A DNA stretch of 64,000 nucleotides from Planctomycetaceae bacterium (GCA_040255465.1 JBDZVA010000003.1:621174-685173), one strand, 5' to 3'; shown: positions 37,426-45,604, counted from the first letter of the stretch. A program made the numbers and translations. Notes: generated by a model not told the origin, from the sequence alone.

Positions 37426-39084
37426 TCACGACCCGTGCTCCCGGTCGAGGAAAGAAGACTTGTAGTACACGAGTAACCCCGAGAAGATCAGCAGCAACGC
37501 GACCGCAGCCAAACCGACAACGGTCTGCTCGCGCTGCTGTCGCCGCAACCGCTCAATCAGTTCGTGCGTGGCCTGAATCCGATCCACGCCATCACGAATC
37601 TCGGTTGCAAAGTTATTGATCTCCCGCATATTGAAGCTGTGAAAGACCTGCCGCAGGCGTGAATTGACTTCCGCCGCGTTGTGCTGCGCCTGCTCGAGGG
37701 AGAGATTGCGATACCCCCACTCAGAGAGGTCGGTGCTCAGCTCGGTGGAGAGGTCGACCTGCTCTTCCGTCTTGATGAGGATGTCCTTGATCCGCTTGAC
37801 AGACTCCATGGTCGCGGCCCGGTGGCAGGGCGAGCAGCGACCGCCCTCCGATCGCGATCGGGTGTCGATAATGTCCGGCGAAGGTTGGGTGATCTTGTGA
37901 CTGCCCTGGCCGTGGCAATAAAGACAGGTCGGGTCGCCGAAGTCACCGTGCGGGCTGCCCAGGTGCTTTTCCTTGATGTCGGCGTGGCACTTGCCGCAGA
38001 AGTAAGATACGGCTCGACCTCGCGTCTCGCTCACAAACTCGCGATCGTTGAGGTAAGTCACCAGGAAGTCGGTTTGGCGCTCGAGATGCGCCGCTCGCTT
38101 GAATGCGTCGTCCGATTCGAACTGGTCGCGCCGCAGCATCGCGTTGCCGCCGTGGCAACCGTCACAGCCGACGTTGGCGGCGAAGTGCACGCTGTGCTTC
38201 CACTCGAGTTCGACGATCTCACTTGAACGCCCGGAGAGATTCATGTGGCACTGGACGCAGTTGTTCCTGGCGTATGGATCCTCGCCATAGCCTTCAGCCT
38301 GCTCGGGCGTCGCACCCGGTTCAGCCGGCGGACTGGCGTTTGCTCTCGTTGTCTGCACGACGATGGCGGTCAACCCCACCAGCAGCCACAGGCCGTGGTG
38401 TTTCATAGCGCCGCTCAGTGGTTTGGGAGCGGTCCCGGATGGATCCTGGGAGGGCGTCGGTGCGCCGCCGTTCTCGCGATAGAGAACCTTGCGGATCGCG
38501 CGCCGCTCGTGCGCCACGAGTACGTAGAAGACCAGAATCGCGATCCCCGTGAAGATGAAGAACATCGGATGATGCGCGAAGTATTCGCTGATCGGCGCGA
38601 GACGCTCGCCCTCGGCGGTCATCGTCTCGGGCCAGCCGCCCCAGAAGGTAAAGACGATCGCCAACGCGGCGACCAGTGTGACCGCGATGCGGTAGAACCA
38701 CGTCGGCCTGGTGCGGGCCCGCAGCCCTCGATACCAGAATGGAAGCAGCACGATCACGATGATCACGGGCCCCTGGCTCAACACGCCCCATGTCTTGCCG
38801 CTCAGGCCCAGCAGCGTGGTGGGCCACACACGCAAGTACTGGTATACCGCCAGGAAGTACCATTCAGGCTTGATCCCGACTGGCGTTGAGCCGTGCGGGT
38901 TGGCCGGCTGCTCCTCATGCGCCAGGCCGTGCAGCCCGAGCATGTCCAGCAGAACCGGCAGCGTGACCAGGAACATGATGATCGCCAGGCAGATGAGCAC
39001 TGACACGGTCATCTTGATGATCTCATTGGGCCAGAACGGCTCCAACTGATCCGGCTCGTATTGCTCGCGGTAGTCGACGCCCAT
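37426..39084 (-). CDS. Fusion: cytochrome b C-terminal / subunit IV-like domain + pentahaem c-type cytochrome
   Basis: Starts MGVDYREQYEPDQLEPFWPNEI...KPEWYFLAVYQYLR (PEWY quinol-site motif), with 3-4 TM helices. Then CVQCH, CDGCH, CGKCH, CLYCH, CSPCH and a C-terminal TM. The upstream 253 codons of track ORF 37426..39843 overlap cytochrome b out of frame and are rejected. Confidence 0.8.
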   Translation of the reverse strand: MGVDYREQYEPDQLEPFWPNEIIKMTVSVLICLAIIMFLVTLPVLLDMLGLHGLAHEEQPANPHGSTPVGIKPEWYFLAVYQYLRVWPTTLLGLSGKTWGVLSQGPVIIVIVLLPFWYRGLRARTRPTWFYRIAVTLVAALAIVFTFWGGWPETMTAEGERLAPISEYFAHHPMFFIFTGIAILVFYVLVAHERRAIRKVLYRENGGAPTPSQDPSGTAPKPLSGAMKHHGLWLLVGLTAIVVQTTRANASPPAEPGATPEQAEGYGEDPYARNNCVQCHMNLSGRSSEIVELEWKHSVHFAANVGCDGCHGGNAMLRRDQFESDDAFKRAAHLERQTDFLVTYLNDREFVSETRGRAVSYFCGKCHADIKEKHLGSPHGDFGDPTCLYCHGQGSHKITQPSPDIIDTRSRSEGGRCSPCHRAATMESVKRIKDILIKTEEQVDLSTELSTDLSEWGYRNLSLEQAQHNAAEVNSRLRQVFHSFNMREINNFATEIRDGVDRIQATHELIERLRRQQREQTVVGLAAVALLLIFSGLLVYYKSSFLDREHGS

Positions 39085-39128
39085 CGGCGTGTCCTTCCCT
39101 TGGCCGCCGAGTGTTCGGCGGTGGCCTC

Positions 39129-39800
39129 TTACAGAGGCTTTGAAATACCCGTCCGGCGGATCATGACAAAGTGCAGTCCCATGAACGAACTCATGATCGC
39201 CGGCAGAATCCAGATGTGCAACGAGAAGAAGAACCCCAACGTCTCGCCGCTGATTGCTTTGCCCCGCCGCACCCACTCCACGATGTCCTGGCCGAAGTAT
39301 GGAACCGCGCTGGGAATCTCCGTTCCGACTTTGGCGCCCCAGTAGCTCAGTTGGGTCCAGGGCAGGAGGTAGCCGGTGAAGGCCATCATCGTCGTGAGCA
39401 GGAGCAGAAACACGCCGCTGACCCAGTGCAGTTCGCGCGGCGTCCGGTAGATCTTGTAGTAGGCGATGCGGGCCATGTGCATGAGCACGAGGGTGATCAT
39501 CAGGTTCGCCGCGACGGCGTGGATGCGCTGCACGAGCCAGCCCATGGTCACGTTTGACTTGATAAACGTCACGCTGTCCCAGGCAGCGTCCGGGTGCGGC
39601 TTGTAGTACATGAGCAGCAGCATGCCGGTGAAGACCTGCACAAGGAAGGTAAAGAACGCCAGTCCGCCGAAGCAGCCCGCCCACGACAAGGTGCGCGGCA
39701 CCCACTTTTTGGTGACGTTCTTTTCCAACTCCGGCGTCACGTCGAAGCGTTCGTCGATCCAGCCGTAGATATAGCGAATCACCCGCATGTCCCGCCTCAC
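39129..39800 (-). CDS. Cytochrome b (b6-type, N-terminal four-helix domain)
   Basis: 223 aa. Haem ligand pairs RIHAVAANLMITLVLMH (H-x13-H) and LHIWILPAIMSSFMGLH (H-x14-H). ATGA overlap with the Rieske stop. Confidence 0.9.
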   Translation of the reverse strand: MRRDMRVIRYIYGWIDERFDVTPELEKNVTKKWVPRTLSWAGCFGGLAFFTFLVQVFTGMLLLMYYKPHPDAAWDSVTFIKSNVTMGWLVQRIHAVAANLMITLVLMHMARIAYYKIYRTPRELHWVSGVFLLLLTTMMAFTGYLLPWTQLSYWGAKVGTEIPSAVPYFGQDIVEWVRRGKAISGETLGFFFSLHIWILPAIMSSFMGLHFVMIRRTGISKPL

Positions 39801-40255
39801 GAAATGATGAGTATTCCGTCCTTGACTTCGAAGGGCACTTCACGCAGCGGCGCGCTCACCGGCCCACTCACGACCTTGCCTTCGCCGCTGAACACGGCTC
39901 CGTGGCAGGGGCAGTGGAAGTTGCCGTGGGCGATATCCCACACGACGTTGCAGCCCAAGTGCGTACAAGACGCGTCGAAGACGCGCGGGCCGTCCTCGGC
40001 CATGACCACGATGACCTGCTGCCCCTGGAAGTCGGCGTAGTACGCCTGGCCGACGGTCAGCCGCTCAAGTTCGAGCTCAACGGGTTTGGATTCTCCGACC
40101 CGCATCGGGAGCTTCAGGAACGCCACGATCGGATACACCACGGTTCCCACGGTAATGGCCGCAGCCGAGCCGATGCACACTTGGCAGAATCGACGCCGGC
40201 CGTTGCTGACCGGTTCGTGCGAATGATCATGTTCGTGTTCATGCGCCATCGTCAT
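39797..40255 (-). CDS. Rieske 2Fe-2S protein
   Basis: CTHLGCNVVW...HCPCHGAVF cluster-binding boxes. N-terminal RRRFCQVCIGSAAAI is Tat-like/TM. TAATG overlap with the upstream stop. Confidence 0.9.
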   Translation of the reverse strand: MTMAHEHEHDHSHEPVSNGRRRFCQVCIGSAAAITVGTVVYPIVAFLKLPMRVGESKPVELELERLTVGQAYYADFQGQQVIVVMAEDGPRVFDASCTHLGCNVVWDIAHGNFHCPCHGAVFSGEGKVVSGPVSAPLREVPFEVKDGILIIS

Positions 40256-41280
40256 TACTCCGCGCTCTGGCGTTCCAACAGCAATTCGGCCGCCCGTTTG
40301 AAACTCGCCGCCGCTTCGGGCATCTTCTCGCGCTGTTCGTAGATCAATCCGAGCAGGTAGTGCGCCCGGGGCTGAGATGGATCCCGATCGAGCACGTCAC
40401 GTACGAGCCGCTCGGCTTCCGTCAGTTCATCGCCGCCGCGCACGGCCTGCACGTAGGCGACGCCAAGTGTGGCTTCCACCATGTTGGGGTTGCTTGCCAG
40501 CACGGCACGGAACTGCTTTTCCGCGTCCGCGATGCGATGGCGTTTGAGATTGAGCCGGCCCAGACCGAGGCGAGCTTCAATGCTGTCTGGCCAGAGCGTC
40601 AGCGCCTCGTGGTACTTTTCATCGGCCATCTCGTCGAGGCCGCGTCGCCCCAGTTGGCGCGCCAGCTGGGTGATGCGATTGGCGCGAATCTGCTCTTCGG
40701 TCAACGAGCTCTCGTTGGACGGATGGAGCGATTCGTCAAATCGTTCCGGACTCAGCCGCCCGAGCCCGACGAGCAGCGCATCGGTGAGGACCTCGTCGAA
40801 GCGCGGCATCAGTCCCGCCATGCTGTAGATGATCTTGCCGTCCTTGCCCACGACCACGACCGTGGGCATGACGCTCACGCGGTACGCCTCGAACGCCTTG
40901 CGATCCGGGTCGTGCAGGATCAGTCCCGCGAGCCCCAGCGACTCAGCCTGTGTTTTCAGATCCAGTCGCGATGCATTCTGCGCGACGATGAGAATTGGCG
41001 TAATGGTGTCGCCCGCCAGCCGGGGGTCGTTGAGTACGCGATTGATTTCAGCGCAGCCCTGGCGCGTCGGCTGGTGGTAGAGTTCGCCGAAGATCAGCAC
41101 CGAGGGCCGATCCTTGACTCGAGCGGAATCAAAGGCGTTGCCATCCAGATCGGAGAGCGCCAGCACTGGCGCTTGTGAGCCGCGCGGCGGAATGGCGCCG
41201 AGCGAGTCCGACGCCACACCCATACTCGCCATCAGAACGGCACAGCCAACAACGCGTGACGCGGTCAGGCGGAGTCTCAT
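40255..41280 (-). CDS. Periplasmic thioredoxin-fold (degenerate active site) + TPR protein
   Basis: 341 aa from ATG 41280 (signal peptide MRLRLTASRVVGCAVLMASMGVASD). The TlpA/redoxin-like region has only a single Cys at the active-site position (LIFGELYHQPTRQGC). C-terminal TPRs (AHYLLGLIYEQREKMPEAAASFKRAAEL). ATGA overlap with the upstream cytochrome. Confidence 0.7.
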   Translation of the reverse strand: MRLRLTASRVVGCAVLMASMGVASDSLGAIPPRGSQAPVLALSDLDGNAFDSARVKDRPSVLIFGELYHQPTRQGCAEINRVLNDPRLAGDTITPILIVAQNASRLDLKTQAESLGLAGLILHDPDRKAFEAYRVSVMPTVVVVGKDGKIIYSMAGLMPRFDEVLTDALLVGLGRLSPERFDESLHPSNESSLTEEQIRANRITQLARQLGRRGLDEMADEKYHEALTLWPDSIEARLGLGRLNLKRHRIADAEKQFRAVLASNPNMVEATLGVAYVQAVRGGDELTEAERLVRDVLDRDPSQPRAHYLLGLIYEQREKMPEAAASFKRAAELLLERQSAE

Positions 41281-42695
41281 GGACCGCCTCCCTTCGACGG
41301 ATTCGCTTCCGATGGACTCTGCAATTCGCCGCGGGCGTAGGATCGCTCCACATGGCACCCCGGCGCGCAACGCCCGCCATCGGGCAGTGCTTCAAAGTTG
41401 ATCTCCAGCATCCATCCGCTCGATCCAAACGGCACGGCTTCGCGGATGTGGAACGGCCGCTTGGATGCATGCACTTCGTGGCAAGCCCGGCAGGTGCGCC
41501 CCTTTTCCTGATCCACGTGCAGGTTGTGGAGATTGGACCCGCCATCGCGGAATCGAGTGACGCCAACGCCCGACTTGCTCGTCACCATCTCGGGCAGATG
41601 GCAGGTGAAGCACAACGCGTAGCGATTGATCTCGAACGCAGCGTAGAACTCCGGTGGATACGGCTTCACAAGCAGATTTGCATTCGCACTCTCGTGCGGC
41701 TGATGGCAGGATGAACACGATCCCGCCCGGATCGGACCATGGTGGTCCGGCGAGTCGTGCAGCAGCAGCGCCATATTGGTCAGGGTCCGACCGCTGTCGG
41801 TCCTGATGGACTTGTCGTGGCACGACAGGCAGGTATCAGGCTCAGGCTTCTTCTGAAGATTCGGCAGCATCGAGGAGTGCGGCGAGTGGCATCCGGTGCA
41901 ACCGTTGGCCTGGTGAACGGCGCCGTGTACGACCGCCGCCGAACTGATAAGGTCCATCAGTTTTTCATGGCAGGTGGCGCAGAGTTCATCGGTCGGAGCG
42001 CGAAGCATGAACTGGTTCGGAGAAGCGTGCGGATTGTGACACGTCGTGCAACCCTGCTGCATCGCCTCGTGGACGTGCAGGCCCATGCCGCTTTGCTCGA
42101 CCTCCGCATGGCAGTCCGCACACAGTTCGTTCGTGTCCTTCACCAGCAGGTTCGGCTTCCACGACGAGTGCGGCTCATGACAGAGAATGCACGCTCCAGC
42201 GGCGACCGGGCCGTGCACGTGCTCGTCAGGTTTCTCTTCGTGCATATGGCAACTCAGACACAACCCCTTGGTGGGGTCGGCGACGAGCATCATGCGGTAC
42301 TCTGAGCCGTGCGGATCGTGACAACCCGTGCACTGGCCGTTGGCCACGGGTCCGTGCACAACGGTGCGGTGTTCCATCAGGTGGCAGGTGGAGCAAAGTT
42401 CGTCCTGCTTGATGGTCTTGAATCGATGGTCGCGTGGCTCTTCGTACTGGTGGCAGGCTTCGCACTTCTGCTGCGCCACCGGGCCGTGGACAAACTTGTG
42501 GTCGCGCTTAGCGGCGTGGCAGCCCTCGGCGGCACAGGTGTCCACCGCCGTGGTCGGCTTGGGCAGGGGCGGGACATCGCCGGCCAGACTTGTTCGAGTC
42601 ATGATCAGCCCGAAAAGTCCGATAGCCGCTGCCACTGATGACAAACGGCTCCATGAATACGGGTTTTCGCGGTGTCTCGACAATGCAGCCTCCAT
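41277..42695 (-). CDS. Multihaem c-type cytochrome, 15 haem motifs (paralog A; first gene of operon)
   Basis: 472 aa with signal/TM VAAAIGLFGLIM. 13 CxxCH plus CAAEGCH and CAPGCH. Same C-terminal block as paralogs B and C (FRDGGSNLHNLHVDQEKGRTCRACH...GGRCAPGCH). Confidence 0.9.
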   Translation of the reverse strand: MEAALSRHRENPYSWSRLSSVAAAIGLFGLIMTRTSLAGDVPPLPKPTTAVDTCAAEGCHAAKRDHKFVHGPVAQQKCEACHQYEEPRDHRFKTIKQDELCSTCHLMEHRTVVHGPVANGQCTGCHDPHGSEYRMMLVADPTKGLCLSCHMHEEKPDEHVHGPVAAGACILCHEPHSSWKPNLLVKDTNELCADCHAEVEQSGMGLHVHEAMQQGCTTCHNPHASPNQFMLRAPTDELCATCHEKLMDLISSAAVVHGAVHQANGCTGCHSPHSSMLPNLQKKPEPDTCLSCHDKSIRTDSGRTLTNMALLLHDSPDHHGPIRAGSCSSCHQPHESANANLLVKPYPPEFYAAFEINRYALCFTCHLPEMVTSKSGVGVTRFRDGGSNLHNLHVDQEKGRTCRACHEVHASKRPFHIREAVPFGSSGWMLEINFEALPDGGRCAPGCHVERSYARGELQSPSEANPSKGGGP

Positions 42696-42712
42696 GGCAC
42701 CCGTGCTCCTTC

Positions 42713-42729
42713 ATGCACGTTTCATGCCA
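42713..42729 (-). promoter_or_regulatory. Candidate sigma54 (-24/-12) promoter for the cytochrome operon
   Basis: Minus strand reads TGGCATGAAACGTGCAT against the consensus TGGCACG-N4-TTGCW, with 2 mismatches and correct GG-N10-GC spacing. Caveat: the predicted TSS (~42703) leaves only ~8 nt of leader and lies downstream of the GAAGGAG. Confidence 0.35.
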
Positions 42730-42825
42730 TGCAAACCAAGAAGACCACCCCGCTTTCCCGTCACGAAAACCCGCATTGCAACCCGCGAAAGCGCCACCGG
42801 GACTCGGGTGCAATGGTGCTTTCCT

Positions 42826-42838
42826 GTTTCTGAGAAAC
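42826..42838. promoter_or_regulatory. Palindrome GTTTCT-g-AGAAAC, candidate activator (UAS) site
   Basis: Perfect 6-bp arms, ~80-90 bp upstream of each of the two divergent sigma54-like promoters. Confidence 0.3.
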
Positions 42839-42917
42839 GTTCGCGGACGTGGTTCCCAATTACGGAATTCCAGAGCCTGAAATCTCGCCATGGTGAAGAC
42901 CACCTCTCAGTTCTTCG

Positions 42918-42933
42918 TGGTATGGAACTTGCA
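42918..42933 (+). promoter_or_regulatory. Candidate sigma54 (-24/-12) promoter
   Basis: TGGTATGGAACTTGCA against TGGCACG-N4-TTGCA, with 2 C-to-T mismatches and exact spacing. The predicted TSS is ~42944, giving a 21-nt leader with GGAGA before ATG 42965. Confidence 0.55.
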
Positions 42934-42964
42934 CTGGCTAACACAACCAAGAACGGAGACATAC

Positions 42965-43612
42965 ATGAAACAGCCTTTGCTTGTCCTGATGTTCGCGCTT
43001 CTCATCGCCGTTCCGAATCTCGGATCGGCTGTTCCACAAGTACCGGCAGGCCACCCCGGCACCACGAACACGCCACCTGGCCATCCCAACATACCGAGCA
43101 CACCTCCGGGCCATCCCGAGACGAATCCGATGGGCCCAGAGCTGGCGCCGGCCGGCGACCCAGCCGACTACCCCGAGTACGTCAAATCGATCGAGTCCAT
43201 CGTCAACGCAGCATTCGAGGCGATCTCCGGCCCGAGGGGTCAAGAACGAGACTGGGAAAAGTACCGCCAGCTTTTCTTCAAAGATGCACGCCTGTACAGC
43301 GTTCGGGTCGTGCACACAACTTCGATCGTCGGCGGCCTGACCGTCGAGGAGTTCATCAAAGCCGAGAGCAACTACCTCAAGGGCTCTGGGTACTTCGAAA
43401 AACCGCTCAACATGAAGATCGAACAGTTCAGCAACATCGCCAGCGTGCGGAGCGTGTACGAGGTGCGGCATCGCGCTGAAGAAGAAATGCCATACCTCCG
43501 GGGAATTTACAACATCCAACTGGTCAACGCCGGTGGGCGCTGGTGGATCCTCAACATGCTCTGGCAGACTGAAGATCCCAGAAACCCCATTCCGGAAGAA
43601 TACCTGAAGTAG
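42965..43612 (+). CDS. Exported NTF2/SnoaL-like protein with N-terminal P-x-G-H-P repeats
   Basis: Signal peptide MKQPLLVLMFALLIAVPNLGSA, then AGHPGTTNTPPGHPNIPSTPPGHPETNP. The C-terminus ...RGIYNIQLVNAGGRWWILNMLWQTE is typical of NTF2-like/DUF4440-type folds. Confidence 0.55.
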   Translation: MKQPLLVLMFALLIAVPNLGSAVPQVPAGHPGTTNTPPGHPNIPSTPPGHPETNPMGPELAPAGDPADYPEYVKSIESIVNAAFEAISGPRGQERDWEKYRQLFFKDARLYSVRVVHTTSIVGGLTVEEFIKAESNYLKGSGYFEKPLNMKIEQFSNIASVRSVYEVRHRAEEEMPYLRGIYNIQLVNAGGRWWILNMLWQTEDPRNPIPEEYLK

Positions 43613-43755
43613 CGACCACGCAACAGCTTGCCCAATCCATCTCCGCCTCGCACCTCGCACCGGCCCTCCCGACTTTTGGGTGGGCTGGTCGAGTACAATT
43701 CGCCGTCCCGTCCCGCCCGGATGCTGACCGGGCCTGGTTCAACGTGCGAGATTCG

Positions 43756-45126
43756 ATGCCCAAGTCCATACTTATTGCCGAAGACGAACAGGTGCTGCGC
43801 GAGTCGCTGGCCGAACTGTTGACCCAGGAGGGCTACGAAGTCGTCGCGACCGGCGATGGCAAAGAGGCTCAGGCCATGGCTCTCGAGCGGTCCTTTGACC
43901 TTGTCATTTCGGACATTCGCATGCCCGAGATGGACGGCATCACGCTGCTGCATCACCTCGCGCGACTGGCGCCACAAACCCCCGTGATCATGCTCACGGC
44001 CTTCGGCACTGTCGACAGCGCCGTCAAGGCCATGCAGACCGGGGCGGTCGACTACCTGCTCAAGCCCGTTCAATTCGACGATCTTCTTCTTCGCATCAAC
44101 CGGGCCATCGAGCACGGCGAGATGGTCCGCAGCCATCGGCGCATGACCGACCAACTTGCCGCCGAAGGCTCGTTTCACAATCTCGTGGGCGAATCACCCG
44201 GCATGAAGCGACTTTTTGGCCTGGTTCACAAACTTGCCACGGTCAAGAGCAGCGTGCTGCTGCTGGGCGAATCAGGTACGGGCAAAGAACTCTTCGCCCG
44301 CGCCATTCATTACAACGGCATCACGCGCGACAAGCCCTTCGTCGCCGTCAACTGCGGCGCCATTCCCGAGAGCCTGATTGCGTCAGAACTCTTTGGCCAC
44401 CGCAAGGGTTCATTCACGGGCGCGACGGCGGACCGGGCCGGCTACTTCGAGGCGGCCAACGGAGGCACGCTGTTTCTGGATGAAATCTCCACCCTGCCGC
44501 TCGCCACGCAAAGCATGCTGCTGCGGGTGCTCGAAGAGCGCGTCGTGGTTCCCGTCGGAGACACGAAGCCCCGGGCCGTTGATGTTCGCATCATCGCCGC
44601 GACCAATCGCGATCTGCGCACCATGGTCGCCGCGGGCGAGTTTCGGGAAGACGTGATGTATCGCCTCGACGTGGTGAAACTGGAACTCCCGCCGCTGCGC
44701 CATCGGCGCGAAGACATCCCGCTGCTCGTACACCATTTTCTGCAGAAGTACGCCACGCAGATGAGCAAGCGCGTGCCAGGCGTCACCAACGGCGCGATGC
44801 GGGCCCTGCTCAACCATGACTGGCCGGGCAACATCCGCGAACTCGAAAACGTGATTGAACGCGCCGTCATCTTCACCGATGGCGATGAACTCGGCGTGGA
44901 CGATCTCCCGTTCCAGAGTGTGGAAGATGACGAACCGGGCGAAGAGCTGCGCGAGGCGCTCCGTCAGTTCGAACGCCAGCACATTCTCTACTGCCTTCGG
45001 CGGCACGACTTCGACAAGAACAAGACGGCCGAGCAACTCGGCATCGGCCTGTCGAGCCTCTATCGAAAGATGGATGAACTCGGCATCGCCAAGCAGCCCG
45101 ACGAGTCGCCGGACAAAGCGACCTAA
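43756..45126 (+). CDS. Sigma54-dependent two-component response regulator (NtrC family)
   Basis: REC domain (ILIAEDE...[14 protein letters not shown]...LKP). AAA+ domain with Walker A GESGTGKE and the sigma54-contact motif GSFTGA (GAFTGA variant). C-terminal HTH ([21 protein letters not shown]). Confidence 0.9.
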   Translation: MPKSILIAEDEQVLRESLAELLTQEGYEVVATGDGKEAQAMALERSFDLVISDIRMPEMDGITLLHHLARLAPQTPVIMLTAFGTVDSAVKAMQTGAVDYLLKPVQFDDLLLRINRAIEHGEMVRSHRRMTDQLAAEGSFHNLVGESPGMKRLFGLVHKLATVKSSVLLLGESGTGKELFARAIHYNGITRDKPFVAVNCGAIPESLIASELFGHRKGSFTGATADRAGYFEAANGGTLFLDEISTLPLATQSMLLRVLEERVVVPVGDTKPRAVDVRIIAATNRDLRTMVAAGEFREDVMYRLDVVKLELPPLRHRREDIPLLVHHFLQKYATQMSKRVPGVTNGAMRALLNHDWPGNIRELENVIERAVIFTDGDELGVDDLPFQSVEDDEPGEELREALRQFERQHILYCLRRHDFDKNKTAEQLGIGLSSLYRKMDELGIAKQPDESPDKAT

Positions 45127-45530
45127 AACAGCAACTTGAACAGGTAATCCAGCCGGCCGCGCAGCACAATGCGTTTGCCCGACTCGCGCATGACCTTGCG
45201 AATCTGCGCGCGGTAGGTTGGGTGATAGCAGTGGGTCGGGCAGTGCTTGCACGCGGGCTTTGGATTGAAGGGGCAGGTGGTCCGCTTGACCCACGCGTGG
45301 GCGAGCAGTTTTGAGCATTCGGGACAGAGGATCAGCGGCCGGCGCGTCACTCCGGCAAGCCCCTCCGCCACGAACTCGGACTTGTCGCTTTCTCGATTTT
45401 GGTGATTTGCCTTGCAGTACATCTCAATAAAGAGACCCAGCATGCGCAGGTCTTTGCGGAGTTTCCGGTCCTTCAGAACCTCTGACGCCAGTACGGGCAG
45501 CCGAAATGAGCGATTTGCCGTCGAGATCAT
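45123..45530 (-). CDS. YgbA_NO family protein (nitrous oxide-stimulated promoter family)
   Basis: LILCPECSKLLAHAWVKRTTCPFNPKPACKHCPTHCYHPTYRAQIRKVMRESGKRIV closely parallels the E. coli YgbA motif KPACKQCPVHCYQP. Convergent with the response regulator, overlapping it by 4 nt. The start (45530 or the downstream ATG encoding MLGLFIEMYC) is uncertain. Confidence 0.7.
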   Translation of the reverse strand: MISTANRSFRLPVLASEVLKDRKLRKDLRMLGLFIEMYCKANHQNRESDKSEFVAEGLAGVTRRPLILCPECSKLLAHAWVKRTTCPFNPKPACKHCPTHCYHPTYRAQIRKVMRESGKRIVLRGRLDYLFKLLF

Positions 45531-45604
45531 GCCGTTCCTCGGAAATCGCGTTTGCAAATCCCGTGCCGCCCTCCTCTGGCGCGCCGTTTGTAGGGCATTA
45601 CCCG

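Noticed and set aside
37426-39843. Single 805-aa ORF in the track.
   Set aside because: The first 253 codons overlap the well-supported cytochrome b gene (39129..39800) in another frame and read as Arg/His-rich noise. The real gene starts at ATG 39084 (MGVDYREQYEPDQ...), which has its own ribosome-binding-like GGAAGGA.
42809-42825. A second minus-strand sigma54-like string, AGGAAAGCACCATTGCA.
   Set aside because: GG-to-GC spacing is one nucleotide too long and the -24 box is poor. The 42713-42729 site fits better.
45506-45604. ORF-track start 45506 for the HAMP sensor.
   Set aside because: It would overlap the divergent YgbA-family gene start. The added 33 aa are non-hydrophobic, whereas ATG 45605 begins directly with the signal/TM segment.
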